DNA from: Eledone cirrhosa
Taxonomy: Eukaryota
Assembly: GCA_964016885.1 (NCBI GenBank)
Contig: OZ024743.1
Location: 98,270,001 to 98,334,000, forward strand
Direction: 5' to 3'
DNA: 64,000 nt
In this document: one piece after another, positions 13,681-27,886 of the stretch
Layout of the letters: each line of letters starts with the position of its first letter
Position numbering within the stretch: position 1 is the first letter of the stretch
The notes under the pieces: generated by a model
The model's input: only the letters and a program-made list of their open reading frames with translations
Told to the model about the DNA's origin: nothing
The model's database searches: none
Translations under genes and position numbers: made by a program

Positions 13681-14344
13681 TCAATTTCGGTTTATCAAAT
13701 ACTGAATAAAGTCAAGAAAAAAAATTATAAAGAAGGATTTTGCTTAAAATGTTATAAAACAATAGATGACAGATAATATTTGATATTCAGTAGCAATGAT
13801 ATAGTTGATAATATCAATATATTTGACAATATTGATATTCTTACATTCGTGGACAAAGTCACAAATTTGTCGATTCAATAGATCGATTCCCCAAATGACT
13901 GGTTGGTACTTGTTTTATCGACTCCAATGAAATTCTGAATTGATAACACAATTGATATAGTCTAACAGTCGACCATTTATTCCACAGTAACGCCTTCCAT
14001 AGCAGATATTGATTGTTGCTTTGTTTTTTAATATATTTTAACAGATGTCAGATATAGAATAAGAGAGAAGAAATAAGATTGCTCTGGTCAAATTATTATC
14101 CATAGGGCGGTGAATTGGCAGTATCGGGGGGAGGAGAAGGAGGGAGGAGAGGGGCGTGAAGGGCAGGAAGAGGCGTCTCTCAAACATTACACAGTGATAC
14201 CTGCCATTGCTAGAATATTTTCCATCAAAGGCCTCTTCAATCAAGGTTGACCTCCAGCTAAACAACAAGAACATCAACAACAACTGCTATTTCCATTATT
14301 GCAACAATAAGTAGTCTGTGTATATCTGGACTGAAAGTTCGTGT

Positions 14345-14570
14345 ATAATTCAGAGTGTTGGGCTCATGATTATAAGGCCGTGGGTTCGATTTGTTGATTG
14401 GGTAGCGCGTTGTGTCCTTAAGCAAGATACTTCATTTCACGTTTCTCTAGTCAACTCAGTTGAAAAAATGATTACGAAGAAAAAATTAGCCTGAAGAGGT
14501 TAACATGGCGATGGACTAGCATCCTGTGGAGTGGAGATTCCTGCACTCTCAGTCGATTATAGCCAACGAA
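14345..14570 (+). mobile_element. Second tRNA-derived SINE family; related copies ~23340-23620 and ~52880-53145
   Basis: B-box gggttcgat followed by tcctt(a/g)agcaag.cact...tttca shared among copies. Confidence 0.6.
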
Positions 14571-14984
14571 ACTCAGAATCACTGGATTGAGACATTCTTG
14601 AACTGTTTTATCTCTGAACTCTCCAGTTGCACACACCTGTCGGCCACCTGTAATTCCTTCTCCCCCTCCTTCGCCCCTCTGCTTCATTGTGTATCACCCT
14701 CTCAGATCCCGTATAGCATATTTCTCTCAATCCTTATTTGTTCAAAATGCACGCCACCAACCACATACCCATACACCAACCTGTCAATTTTCTTGGCCTT
14801 AATTGTTTAACTGCCACATTTAACCTGGGGACATGGCAAACCCTCACCCTAAACACTAACACTATACCTAAGCGTAACTTTTAAAATAGGGTCAAGAAAA
14901 TTAATTTTTCGGGGAAGTTGAGAATCCTTGCAAGTGCCATATGGTAAATGGAGGATAGAGTGCACTACTATATGTGTATATATT

Positions 14985-15061
<77 letters not shown>

Positions 15062-15235
15062 ACAAGAATGAGTTCACTTGTAGTTCTAAATAATTTGATT
15101 TAATTTTATAATATTATGAGTTGGTAGATCTAGTAAGTTCTTTGTTAACTTCGGTGGGAAGAATTTTAAAGATTCCTGGTTAACTTTCTTGGAGAACTTT
15201 TTCGCATTCATCGGTGGCGATTGTCAAACAATATC

Positions 15236-15270
<35 letters not shown>

Positions 15271-15272
<2 letters not shown>

Positions 15273-15570
15273 TGTTATACTTGGAGGAGGGTCATATTTG
15301 AGTAATAATATTGCCAGAATTAATAACAGAACACACTCACTGTTTGGTTGGTTTTCGCTTCTGTGTCTTTTATATCGGTTAATTTAATTTATTCGGTCCT
15401 CAATGTTGCCATTGACTGACCAACGGTCAAAAATACAGATACAATATAGACACAAACACATATATATAGTCTAACAAAGTTCTTTCGTTGCACATCTGCA
15501 ACATCGTCAGTGGTGCTATTATGTTTCCTCCCGTTGTATTGTATGCCTACGCCATCTTTATTTAGTCTGT

Positions 15571-15605
<35 letters not shown>

Positions 15606-15817
15606 TTTGTCTTCTCTGCGCATGCGTTTGCGTATGTGTATAGTGTTTTGTTTGATGTGTGTTCGTGTTTGGGTGACTGTGTATTGGTTATTGTTTTCTA
15701 TCTTAGTTTACTAGTGTGTGTTTATATGTGTTTATTGTTATTGTGCTTGTGTATGTATTTATTTATTTATACTTCTCTTAGGTCAGTGTTGTTTGTTTCG
15801 GTGTTGTTGTTATTCCA
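15271..15817 (-). mobile_element. Inverted solo pLTR-like element (11191 family), hammerhead motif 15468-15519
   Basis: Reverse complement of 11191-11729. Its start encodes WNNNNT, resembling the EWNSN end of the PLE ORF. Confidence 0.75.
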
Positions 15818-15823
15818 TATATA

Positions 15824-15857
<34 letters not shown>

Positions 15858-15859
<2 letters not shown>

Positions 15860-16059
15860 GGAAAAAGTATGACCCCGGCGGCAGAGCTCAAGCCGTTTCG
15901 ACGGCTATTTCTGGACTATTCACTCCAGAAATAGCCGTCGAAACGGCTTGAGCTCTGCCGTCGGGGTCATACTTTTTTCCTATTTCTCACTCTACTACCC
16001 TAAGTATTGAGTACTCTGGTGCGTTATGGTCCATCTGGTTCCTTACCACAATTCCTTTG

Positions 16060-16061
<2 letters not shown>
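15858..16061 (+). mobile_element. Short fold-back element carrying a hammerhead 3' half; family also at 57070-57275, 63678-63812 and fragment 20078-20113
   Basis: Palindrome 15858-15982. Contains gccgtc-GAAAC-ggcttgagctc(t/a)gcc-GTC-ggggt. Flanked by (AT)n. Confidence 0.7.
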
Positions 16062-16091
<30 letters not shown>

Positions 16092-16094
<3 letters not shown>

Positions 16095-19000
16095 CACTTT
16101 AACAGAAAATTAAAGTGGCTTAAACAGGCAAAGCTAAATCGGGATACTATAGAGTATACCAATAGATATCCCGACAAAATTGACGGTATCAACATGGCCG
16201 ACACCTCATTATCTGAAGAGTTCAACAATGAAAATACCAACATTTATGGAAACACGGAAATAGATAATAATGAAATGTCTGTGTTACGTCTGCCACCCAA
16301 ATTTGCGACATTCAAGAAGGTAAATATGATTAGTTGTCTGTCAGAAATAGAAAAATCATTTACGAAACTACGCTGGAGCATCAAAAACAAAAACAACAAT
16401 ATACGCACACACATATACAACACACATCCCAACAACAACAGACACACAGACACAAACAACAATAACAACAACAATAGCAACATACCCAGATACAACAACA
16501 ACAATAGCAACATACCCAGATACAACAGACACGCAGACACAAACAACAATAACAACACACACGGAGACAACAATAACAACAACACACACATCAACAACAA
16601 CAACAATAGCAACATACCCAGATACAACGACAACAGACACACAAACACAAACAACAATAACAACACACACAACAACGATAACACACACACACACGGAGAC
16701 AACAACAACACACATCAACAACAACACACATCAACAACAACAACAACACACACGCATTCAATGCCTCTCACCACCACCACAATCTTAACAAACACACAGA
16801 CACAGAAAACAAGTAATGACAGTAGCACAGAAATCAGAGAAATAAGAGAAAGTAATAGGATTAAAAGGAGAAGGAGATGGGAGACTAAGGACAAAGAGAA
16901 TAACCAAGACGAACACACAGACACACAAAATAGGGTAGATAACAACATTGAGCCAGTGGAAAGAGACAGGAGTAATTATGAGAGACATAGAAACAACCAT
17001 GAAGCTGAGGCTGCTGCTGTTGGTGGAAATAGAAACAACACAACTAACAATAACAATAGCACTAGTACACATAAAGCAGCAGCCTGGAACTCTCCGTTTT
17101 ATAACCCCTCCGATAAATCATTCGACCTACGACGAGTCCACGCCACGACTTTGCCATTTAACAAACGCACGCAGTTGCCGTCGCAGGTCGATGAACAAAC
17201 AGAAGCACAATTTAGTATAGCTAAATCCGAACTTAGAAATATTATAGAACAGTATAGCAAGAAGCATAATAGAATAGAGGCCCAGCAACTGGGAGAAGAA
17301 TCTGCAAATGGCTTGCGTAAGCTCATGCAGCGCTCGCGTAATGGAGAGATAGCATGCTTTCCAACAGACAAGTCTGGCAGAATGTCGGTTGACAGCCTGC
17401 CAAACTACATCCAGGCAATGCAACCCCACATCACTAACACAAGAGAGGTAACACCACAGGAGCATGAGGATAGAGAAAAAACCCTCAATGCCCATATGGT
17501 GATGTGGACAAATATAATGCAGCCCAACAAAAGGACTGCCAACAACTTCCAGGCCTGGAACAATGACGTGCCGGCGTTGTATGGGCTTCGAAAGGACCAT
17601 AAAACGGGCTGAGACCCTGTCGCGGGACCACCAACACGGCCAGTCTGTGGGGCTAACATTGCTAGTAACTACAGACTGTCCTACTTCCTCTCCCTGATCA
17701 TACGCCCCATCATTGAGATGTCCCCAGATGTGTGTGACAGCACGGAGGACCTCCTCAGCAGAATCGGCGCGGGTAACCGATCTGGGGACCTAACAAACTG
17801 CATAATAGGCAGTATGGATGTTGTGTCCCTGTATCCATCTATTGACGTGGATTTTGCTGTGGAGAAATGCGTCGAAATGATCAGCGAGAGCAAGGTTGAG
17901 TTCCGTGGGATTGATACCAGTGAGCTGGGACTTCTACTTAAGCTTACCCATAGTAATAGTTACCTAGACACTTATGACCTTAGCAACCTGTGCCCTACAA
18001 GACCAGCAAGAGGCAGACCACCTACCATTACCTCAATGGCCAAGAAAACCCACACAGATAGATGGAACGGGTGGACCAGAGCCATACGGACACCCGAAAA
18101 CCACGATGAACTGAAGAAAATGATTGCACATGCGGTAGGGGCCAGCATAAAATTAACCCTTAAGGAACATATGTTCAAATTTAATGGTAAGACATATGCC
18201 CAAGAGGAAGGAGCAGCCATTGGTGTTAGCATTGCAGGCGACATAGCTAACTTATTCATGGTATGGTGGGACAGTAGACTTAAACAAAAACTTAATGAAC
18301 AATTAGAAGACAGCTTAACCCTGATAATGTACTCCCGCTACGTAGATGATATAAACATCGTAGTTAAGACACCCCCACTAAAGAACAGTCAGGAACTAGA
18401 GAAAAACACAATGGAAAGCATCCAGCAAATAGCAAACTCCATCCACCAGAGCATTAGAGTTACTATAGACTACCCAAGTAGACACCCCAACCATCGATTA
18501 CCTGTACTAGACACAGAGCTCTGGTTAGATACAATTAACAACCAAAAACAAATCCTCCATTCCCATTATGCCAAACCCATGACTTCCAAACATCTGATCC
18601 ACCGAAACTCGGCCATTTCGGACCATACCAAAATCAACATACTGATTGCGGATTTGGTACGGGTGATGAGAAATGTGTCCCGCATGTGCAACCCCGAAGA
18701 ACTAGAGAGACACATACAACACTTCATCCACCGTATGCAGTTCTCTGGCTACAATCAGAGAGATAGAATCAGAGTGTATAAAGGAGCCAGAACCAAATGG
18801 GAAAAAATGGTAAATAATGACATAAATGGGACCTGCCCCTTGTATAGGAGCAAATTTTGGAATAGAATAGAAAGAACTAAGAACAAGGCCAATAGAATAA
18901 ACTCATGGTATGATAGCAATAAATACCAGAGTGTAATGTTCATCAATACAACCCCTAGAGGCGAACTAGCCTACAAATTTAGAAGGGCCCTAAAGAAACA

Positions 19001-19469
19001 TAATCTCAATATTAAGATAGTAGAAAGACCTGGTACCTCCGTAAAAACACTTATTAGCAAGACATACCCGTTCCAAAGACCCTCATGTATAGATAAGAAA
19101 TGTATAACCTGTAAAATAAGCCCCCATATTAACTGTAAAACTAGAAATGTAGTATATAGCATAAGATGTACTGAAGGACAATGTAGAAACAAAAATATAG
19201 TGTACATAGGTGAGACAGCTCGTAGTATAGGGGAACGAATAAATGAACACTGGCGAGACCTCCAAGATAATAAAGAATCATCTGTGCTCTACCAACATGC
19301 TAAGATAGAACACAGGAGTAAATTAGAGAGCATAGAAATAAAAACAGAATCCACACACAAGAAAGACGCAATGTTTAGGCAAATTACAGAGGCAGTAAGC
19401 ATAAAAGAATTAAAACCAAAATTAAATAGAAAATATGAGTGGAACAGCAACATCACAACTTACAATTAA
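16092..19469 (+). CDS. Penelope-like element polyprotein (RT + C-terminal GIY-YIG endonuclease), 5'-truncated, one in-frame TGA at 17610-17612
   Basis: ORFs 16026-17612 and 17718-19469 are in the same frame, and the 35 intervening codons are open (DPVAGPPTRPVCGA...). Motifs TDKSG, RKDHK, SMDVVSLYPSI, QEEGAAIG, RYVDD, LPVLD, CxxxxCxxC linker, VVY..C....C...YIGETAR. Confidence 0.92.
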
Positions 19470-19975
19470 GGACAAAATGAAAACACACACACACATAGAA
19501 CAAACAACTTACAATTGAAAACACACACAAAATGAAAACACACACAAGACAAAATGAAAACACACACACACATAGAACAAACAACCAACCAACAATAAAT
19601 AAATAAATAAACAAACAAATAGAAAAATATAAATAGAAAAATAGAAAAATGAACACAAACACACACAGACACCCGGATGTGGCGCATGCGCAAACGGAGC
19701 ACGCAACCCACACACAAACAAAATGGCGTAGGATAGAAGAAAGGAAAGGCACAGAAACGAAGAAAGAAATCCCCAGTCACTGAAGAGGTCACAGAGTGTG
19801 TGACGAAAGAACTATGACTATATATATATAAACAACTATCTGGTTGTGGAACCAACCAACCAACCAGAAATTTATAAATTTGTAAATTTATAAATATATA
19901 ATAAATTAAATTGAAGTGAAAACAACTGGTGCGTGTGTTTCTTATTGGCAACATGACCCTCCCAAAGTATAACAA

Positions 19976-19976
<1 letters not shown>
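19470..19976 (+). mobile_element. 3' pseudo-LTR of the Penelope-like element
   Basis: Follows the ORF stop and ends at (AT)n. Its terminal ~130 bp recur inverted at ~42387-42515. Confidence 0.8.
19775..19819 (+). ncRNA. Minimal type I hammerhead ribozyme
   Basis: AGUCA-CUGAAGAG-GUCACA(gagug)UGUGAC-GAAAG-aa-CUA-UGACU. Stems I and II are perfect; stem III is minimal. Confidence 0.8.
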
Positions 19977-20008
<32 letters not shown>

Positions 20009-20442
20009 CTATTTATATATATATTTTTATAAGAAGACATTATATTTATATATATATGTATATATATGAAAAGATTCAGGACACCGACGGCTGAGCTCCG
20101 GCCGTTTCGACAGCTAGATGTGTATTATATACATACATGGGGGTGTATTATATACATACATTCGCTAAATATCACCTGGGCTAGCATAAGATTAGATCCC
20201 GTGTCTCTGTATCCATTCTACATTAACTCACGCCTTACACCACATTCCCTCTCGCCGCCTTTAATCGGCCTGGCGACCATTTGTCTCCTTTGTTGTTGGT
20301 TTCTGTTGAGATAACTCGAAAATTTTACCCTCAATTTAATTTATTGCCTTCCAACGAAATCTTATCATTTCTGGTCCTTTCATTTTTTCCTTCCTTTTTT
20401 TCTTTTCTCTTCTTTCTTTTTCTTTCTCTTCCCCCTTGGTCA

Positions 20443-20878
20443 AGGCGGTGGATTGGTAGTCTCGGTAGAGGGTCGGACGCTATGCTTTGCAGCATAGAGT
20501 TACGGCCCTTTATGATCTGAGTTCAAATCCCGCCGTGGTTAACTTTGCCTTTCATCCTTACGGGCTCGATAAAATAAAGTACCAGTCACGCACTGGGGTC
20601 GATTTAATCGACTTTCCCCTCCCCCTCAAATTGCTGGCCTTGTGTCTATAAAAGAATCCATTAATACAATAGGTTAGGGTTAGGGCGGTGAATTGGCAGT
20701 ATCGGTAGAACGTCAGACACGATGCTTTGCAACTTAGAGTTACGGCTCTTTATGTTCTGAATTTAAATCTCGCCGGGGTCAACTTTGTCTTTCATCGTTA
20801 TGGGGTCGATAAAATAAAGTACCAGTAATACACTGGAGAAATTGCTGGCCTTGTGCCAAAAGTAGAAACAATTATTAC
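20443..20878 (+). mobile_element. Two tandem full-length tRNA-derived SINEs; further copies ~21513-21730, 21975-22075, 25915-26040, 59119-59305 (+) and 9300-9460, 53520-53650, 63215-63410 (-)
   Basis: A-box-like tggcagtatcgg, B-box gagttcaaatcc, conserved core, and tail aattgctggccttgtg. Confidence 0.85.
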
Positions 20879-22667
20879 AATAGGTTCCCTGACTAGCCAT
20901 ATTCCTTACTCTGAACCTGTCTTCACTCGATGTTCTCATTGGTCATTTGGACTGTAATTCCCCACCCCCCACACAAATTTAGTATCTAGACTTGGTATGA
21001 TTATTGTTCTTATTTATATTTTGATTTTGATTTTCTCTGTATACCAAAATGAAATTTATATATTAGCTTTGTCAACAGTGAGCGATGCTTATTGCAGAAA
21101 TGTGGAACTCACCACTAAGAATATAATTAGATTTTTCCTGGATAATTCTCTTTCTGATGAAGTGCAACTGCAAACACGTAATGTATACGAATGAACACTA
21201 TACAATGTAGTCAGCGGATGTAGACTGTTATTTAATTGTGCAGAAGCATATGTTAAAGATAGATGACACAATAAATTATTCTTCTGTCCACTTCTTCCTA
21301 CCTAGCTTTTCTTAATATTTTCCTGGTACCATATATATCTATTCGACTTGCTTGTCTCCTAGGATTGGAAGCTAGAAGGCAAAGGGGCAGTGAAAATACA
21401 GCAAGACATGTCGTCCGGTCCTCTAACAATTCCGTTAGTGCTCCAGAGTGGACAGATACATTAATTTATCGACCCAATAAATGTTTGTGCATATGTGAAT
21501 ACATTAATTCAATGCGGTGGATTGGCAGTGTCGGTAGAGCGTCGAACTCAATGCTTCACGGCATAGATACGGCCCTTTGCGTTCTGAGTTCAAATCCCGC
21601 CGAGGTTAGCTTTGCTTTTCATTCTTTACGAGCTCAATAAAATAAAGTACCGGTAATGCACTGGGATCGATTTAATCGACTTTCCCCTCCTCCTAAATTG
21701 CTGGCCTTGTGTCTAAATCAGAATCCATTAATTTAATGCGTGTGCGCGCACGCGTGTGTGCATGCATGCATATGAGTGTGTATGCATGAATAAACACATG
21801 GGTGCAAGTCAATCTATATGCGCGTGTGTTTATATAAATATATATACATATGTGTGGTTATGTGTATGTAAACATGTATTTATGTACGCCTCAGTGTGTG
21901 TATGTGGTCGAAGGCAGAACTGAGCAGTTCGTTTCACAATCTTCAAGTCGTGAGTTTAATATTACCTGTAACGTGGCGCCGAGGTTAACTTTGCCTGTCA
22001 TCCTTATGGGATCGATAAAATAAAGTACCAGTAATGCACTGAGTAATTGCTGGCCTTGTACCAAAAGTAGAAACAAGTATCTGTAACGTGGCTCCCCTCC
22101 TCATCTTTTGTTGAATTTCACTATTTTACTGCGACCATTCTTCTCTCCTATCCCGTGACTCTTTCGGTATTTTTCACACCAGTCCACCATTTCCTCTCTG
22201 TGCCTCATATATTGTCGTTGTTTTTTGTCTCCATAGGTTAACTGGTTTTCTTCGTCACATATTGTTCATCTTAAATGTCGTACATTTAAATCTAAAGTAT
22301 TTAGTCCTTGCCATGTAATTTCACGTAGGTTTTGTTTTCGTCTTGTAAAATACTCCAGGACTACTTTGTTATATACTGTGACCCCAAATGGATCAGCGGT
22401 ACCTTGGGTAACAGTCGAATCTATGTACATCTATTTCGACGGCCGATGACAACTTATTTTAGCCGATTTAGCTTATATCCTCCCATATTGAGATTTTGGC
22501 TTAAGTTTAATATATTTTATCACTTCTCTGAGCAGATAATTTATTCATATATTTTATCCTTTCATTGAGATTAACTTTATAAAATTATAAATTAATATAT
22601 TTTTTCGGATTTCTTTCTTTACTTGGACTACCTTTATTTCTGTTTCTCCTTTGCGGTCCTGTCTCTA

Positions 22668-22710
22668 TTTGAGTACTCCTGAAGGAGGGCTAAAGCCTGA
22701 CACGTCAAAC
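22668..22710 (+). ncRNA. Degenerate hammerhead motif
   Basis: CUGAAGGA-GGGC(uaaa)GCCU-GAcAC-GUC. The GAAA box is mutated. Confidence 0.45.
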
Positions 22711-22782
22711 TTTCTTTCCCCTTTTCCATATAAAGCGTGAAACTAATAATAAAACTTTTGTACTTCTGTTTGTTGTCTCCTT

Positions 22783-22822
<40 letters not shown>

Positions 22823-22932
22823 TGTGTGTGTGTGTGTGTGTGAGCGTAAAAGGTAAACAGAAATAACAACACAATCGGTACAGTATATGGAAGGGATATA
22901 TTAAGTTAACGCTTGATATAGCAGGAAGCGGG

Positions 22933-22968
22933 TCTTAACGTTTCGGACGCGAGTCTTTCATCAGAAGA
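22933..22968 (-). ncRNA. Minimal type I hammerhead ribozyme
   Basis: Minus strand UCUU-CUGAUGA-aaGAC(ucgc)GUCc-GAAAC-GUU-AAGA, with palindromic stem III AACGUU. Confidence 0.7.
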
Positions 22969-24399
22969 AAGAATGAGAAATAAGATAGATTGAGGGGACG
23001 GGCGAGTTGGAATTGGAAAAAATGTCTTTAGATAAAAATAACAGATCCATTCATGTTGACATCCACAAAATTACCTACAATGCAATATTTAAAGAAACAC
23101 GCAGGTGATTTGCATTCGTTACAAATAAAGATAAACACCACTAATAAAAGTTGCTTGATGGCATATTTTTTACTCATATATGACATTTTTTTCCTTTATT
23201 GCACCGTTTGTACGTTGCCCCATTTTCAATTCAACTTTAATATTTTCATCTAAAACAAACCTCTTTCGTCGTCTAATGACGAACATATTACTCCATTTAG
23301 TAAGAAGGACTTAATACTTCTCATCTTATGAGAAGGCGTCACTGAGTGTTGGACCTTCCGTCGTACAGTCGTAGTTTCCCCAAGTAGGCAGCGCCTTGTA
23401 TCCTTAAGCAAGTCACTTTATTTCATGTTACTGAAGTACACTCAACTGAAAAACATGAGTTGTAGTTGTAATTCAAAGATCCAGTCTTATAGCACACATA
23501 GTGACGTTGAATCTCTCCCTGGGTACACGTGTCAGTTCAATTATCAGCTACTTGTGTGTGGAATTCACGAGTAAACAGTTCCATTGGTCGAACAACTGGA
23601 AAACTAGAATCGACGGCAGTTGAAACACACACAAACACACACATACACACACACATATATATACACGCACACACACACGCACATACACACATACACAGAC
23701 ATACACATACACACACACATATACACAAACACACACACACACACATACACACACATACACACACATACACACATACATCAGAACCCACCATGTATAATAC
23801 TGCTTTATATGACATGTAAAGTGTTATCTTATTTTCTTCATGTTATACGCTTGTTATCCTACCAGCTTGATATTTCATCGGTACTAACCATAAAATATCT
23901 TTAGCCACAACTGGAAATCTTATCTCTCCAACAATATTAGTTAGTATTTTGTTCTAAATATTTTGCTAAATTGATCTTACATTACTTACTTTTATAATGA
24001 AATAATTTTGCAAGTAACCATAAGATTTAATCTCGTTTAATATTCCTGTTTTGAAGGTTAGTTGCATCTACACATATTTTCAGAAGATTTGAGATAAACG
24101 CAAGATAATTATTTCAGATACGAAACTAAGATGTTTCATCAGCGTCTTCTAGTCAGTTAAAAAGATCAACTCTATCGCATTTCTCTTATTTCTCAATTGC
24201 TTCTTTTTGTTACAGTTTTCGTACAAATAAAATAGGAAATTCATAGTTCTGTTTAAAATACTGATCACCTCTACCATAATTATTTCTATTCTCTCTCCAA
24301 ATATTCTATAATAATGTATATAAATGTATATAAATATATATGTGTGTGTGTAGATATGTGTGTTTGTATTTGTGTGTGTACGTATATATATATGTATAA

Positions 24400-24850
<451 letters not shown>

Positions 24851-24899
24851 CACAATAATTTGGGATGAAATTTATAACTGGAAACGAATGTTTCTAGAT

Positions 24900-25900
24900 C
24901 TTTCGACTCACAAAGTCTAAACTTAAGTTGTTCTATCTTGATCACATATGGCCTCAGCTATCCAACGAGTCTGGTGGTAATCCCCTGAGACCGAGAAGGA
25001 GAACTGGGAAGATAGCCAACCACCAAGACAGAGAAGGGAGAGCTTTATAAACTCGGCATAGTCTTCTCGGGGATGATCTCTAGAAAGCAGTACAGTCAGT
25101 AGATATTCAACCATCTCCTCCCTCTGTTGCTTGTAAAAATCTCCCATGAGCTCATCATCCAGGATAGTTTGATAATGAGACTTATCGATGGAGTCACAAC
25201 GTTTCTGGAATTATTTGAACATTGAGATACCGGAACCAGATGATGAGAAAAAGATCACGAAAACCTTCTACAAAACCAGTTCAAGACTGTTGGCTGCAAA
25301 CCAGCCAAGCCACAAAAGGGATTTTTTCAGAGCTGCTTCAATTTTCGTATTAGCTCCTTTGTGCATGCATGTGTTACTGACAAAAAATCGCTGAAGTTAT
25401 TTTGAAGGAAATTCAGCGACTCAAAATTGAGGATAGAATAATTGGTATATCCTCAATTTCCTTCAAAACAACTTCAGTGATTTGTTGCCTGTTTCCATCT
25501 CATGTAATCGGAACACCTAAGAGCCCCTACTTTCCTTTTCCTGTAATTAAGACTGCAATCCAATCTTCAAGTCTACTGGATTGGGAAGGCGATGGTAATA
25601 ATTCTCCATCCCAGTGAAGGACAAACCAGGATTTGTCTTCAGGTGGGAAAGTGGATAACTCGATTTCCTGAGCCATCTTCTCACAGTTACTGGTTCTTGC
25701 TTGATAAACAGTTGAGGGGGAAACCAAGTGTTCAGACACATCATGACCAAGATTTTCACAATTGTGATGTAAAAAGTACTTGCTTGTCATACCGATAGTT
25801 TCTCATGTTCCCACATGACAACAAGAGTGGTGTCGAGAGTCAGCTTTATTCGTGGTGATATTTGGGGGTGGTGTGCTGACTTGAAGTTCTCATCATCATC
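24900..25900 (-). pseudogene. Decayed hATm-type DNA transposase
   Basis: Fragments LHWDGELL, SNTCMHKGA, HPREDYAEFIKLSLLCLG and HQTRWIAEAI correspond to the HWDGK / SNTG..GA / PRDDY / HxARWMAKAI motifs. Multiple stops and frameshifts. Confidence 0.75.
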
Positions 25901-26309
25901 ACCAATAGCTGAGATGGTCTGAGTTCAAATCCCGCCAATGTTAACTCTACCTTTCATCCTTACGGGGTCGATAAAGCAAAGTACCAGTAATGCACTAGGA
26001 TAATTACTGGCCTTGTGCCAAAAGTAGAAACAATTATTACATAACGCCAGAGATCTCGGTCCAGTTTCATCGCCTTTGAGAGGTGCAATTGCATAAGGTC
26101 AGCTTTATCACCTCATCCTACGTCTTCTTGGATCTTCTTACTGCATAGCTTCAATCAACTTAAAGCGTTCTGCACCTTTTTATTCAGCTGTCCATACCAG
26201 CGCAATCTCCTCTCCAGCAAACTGCATCTGATCCCCACTTATGCCCAGTTATTATCTTAGTTCGTTTACGCTTTGCCGTTCGTGTATATTACTTTAACAT
26301 ATCCATTGG

Positions 26310-26382
<73 letters not shown>

Positions 26383-26417
26383 TATAACAATATAATATAT
26401 ATATTTGTATATATATG

Positions 26418-26565
<148 letters not shown>

Positions 26566-26647
26566 CATATATATACAAATATATATATTATATTGTTATA
26601 TAAGCTTCCAGTGTCCCCGCATTGCCTGGTGGCTTAGCTGAGAATAG

Positions 26648-26726
26648 ACTCCCTGATGACGTAAGGCTTCTCTACAGGTATTACATAACTGTATTTATCC
26701 CCTTACAGAAACTAATTAGTTGGAGT
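26648..26726 (+). ncRNA. Type I hammerhead ribozyme with extended stem II
   Basis: ACUCC-CUGAUGA-cGUAAGG..UACAG..CUGUA..CCUUACa-GAAAC-UAAUUA-GUU-GGAGU. Stem III is the palindrome AACUAAUUAGUU. Lies in a ~230 bp island between (AT)n tracts. Confidence 0.8.
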
Positions 26727-26877
26727 GAAATTTTAGTAAGTAAGTTAATTTTCATAACTTTCTTATTTACGTCTTTCATATAATTGTTCTGCATTCCCCC
26801 ATAGAACTACAAAGTTACTAAGACAAAACATATATATCTGCTAGCGTAGGTATGCATCTGTATACATATGTCGGTAG

Positions 26878-27030
<153 letters not shown>

Positions 27031-27067
27031 CATATATATATATGTATATATATATATATATGTATAA

Positions 27068-27099
<32 letters not shown>

Positions 27100-27105
27100 G
27101 TATAA

Positions 27106-27200
<95 letters not shown>

Positions 27201-27308
27201 AGTGGACATGTCTACGCACTGAAACACTTACATACGCACACACCCGTTGTTTATATATACCCAACTTTTTACCGATCACCACATATACTTTATTTTTTGT
27301 TAAATCAC

Positions 27309-27398
27309 CCGTCTGATGAGCACATCGATTCTGGGGTCGGGACCGTAGCTTCCATAGGTGACTTTGAGTCAATCATCTGTGAAACGCGCGTAACAGAT
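27309..27398 (+). ncRNA. Type I hammerhead ribozyme, long stem II
   Basis: CUGAUGA-GCA...UGU-GAAAC-GCGC-GUA, palindromic stem III ACGCGCGU, weak stem I. Confidence 0.65.
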
Positions 27399-27509
27399 CG
27401 ATACGATACTCAATAAAAACATAAAAATACATGTAAACGAAGCTTCATCGATTTTATTCTGCCTTTGCATCATATTGGTACCACCAGTAATTCACTGAAT
27501 CATCTACAC

Positions 27510-27593
<84 letters not shown>

Positions 27594-27853
27594 CTTGTAT
27601 TAAACTAATATATTTCTTCAATGTACTGTGTCTTTTGCTTTGTTATTCTTGTTTACTTTTTATATCATATATATGTGTGTGGCTGTGTGTGTGTGTGTAT
27701 GTGTGTGTGTATGTGTGTGTCTGTGTGTGTGTATGTGTCTGTGCGTCTGTGTGTGTGTCTATCTGTATGTGTGTGTGTGTGTGCGTGTGTCTGTGTGTGT
27801 GTGTATGTGTGTCTGTGTGTACCTCTGTGTGTCTATGTGTGTGTGTCTGTGTG

Positions 27854-27886
<33 letters not shown>

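Noticed and set aside
13333-13776. Extensin-like poly-Pro and poly-His ORFs
   Set aside because: (CAC)n repeat fused to SINE sequence.
16026-16091. ATG 16026 as the true start of the PLE ORF
   Set aside because: It lies in an unrelated short element and reads through (AT)n; the PLE is 5'-truncated.
20443-20535. tRNA genes at SINE heads
   Set aside because: A/B boxes are present but there is no cloverleaf, and each continues into a SINE body.
20672-20686. TTAGGG telomeric repeats (also ~63233-63247)
   Set aside because: Only two units, adjacent to SINEs; not an interstitial telomere array.
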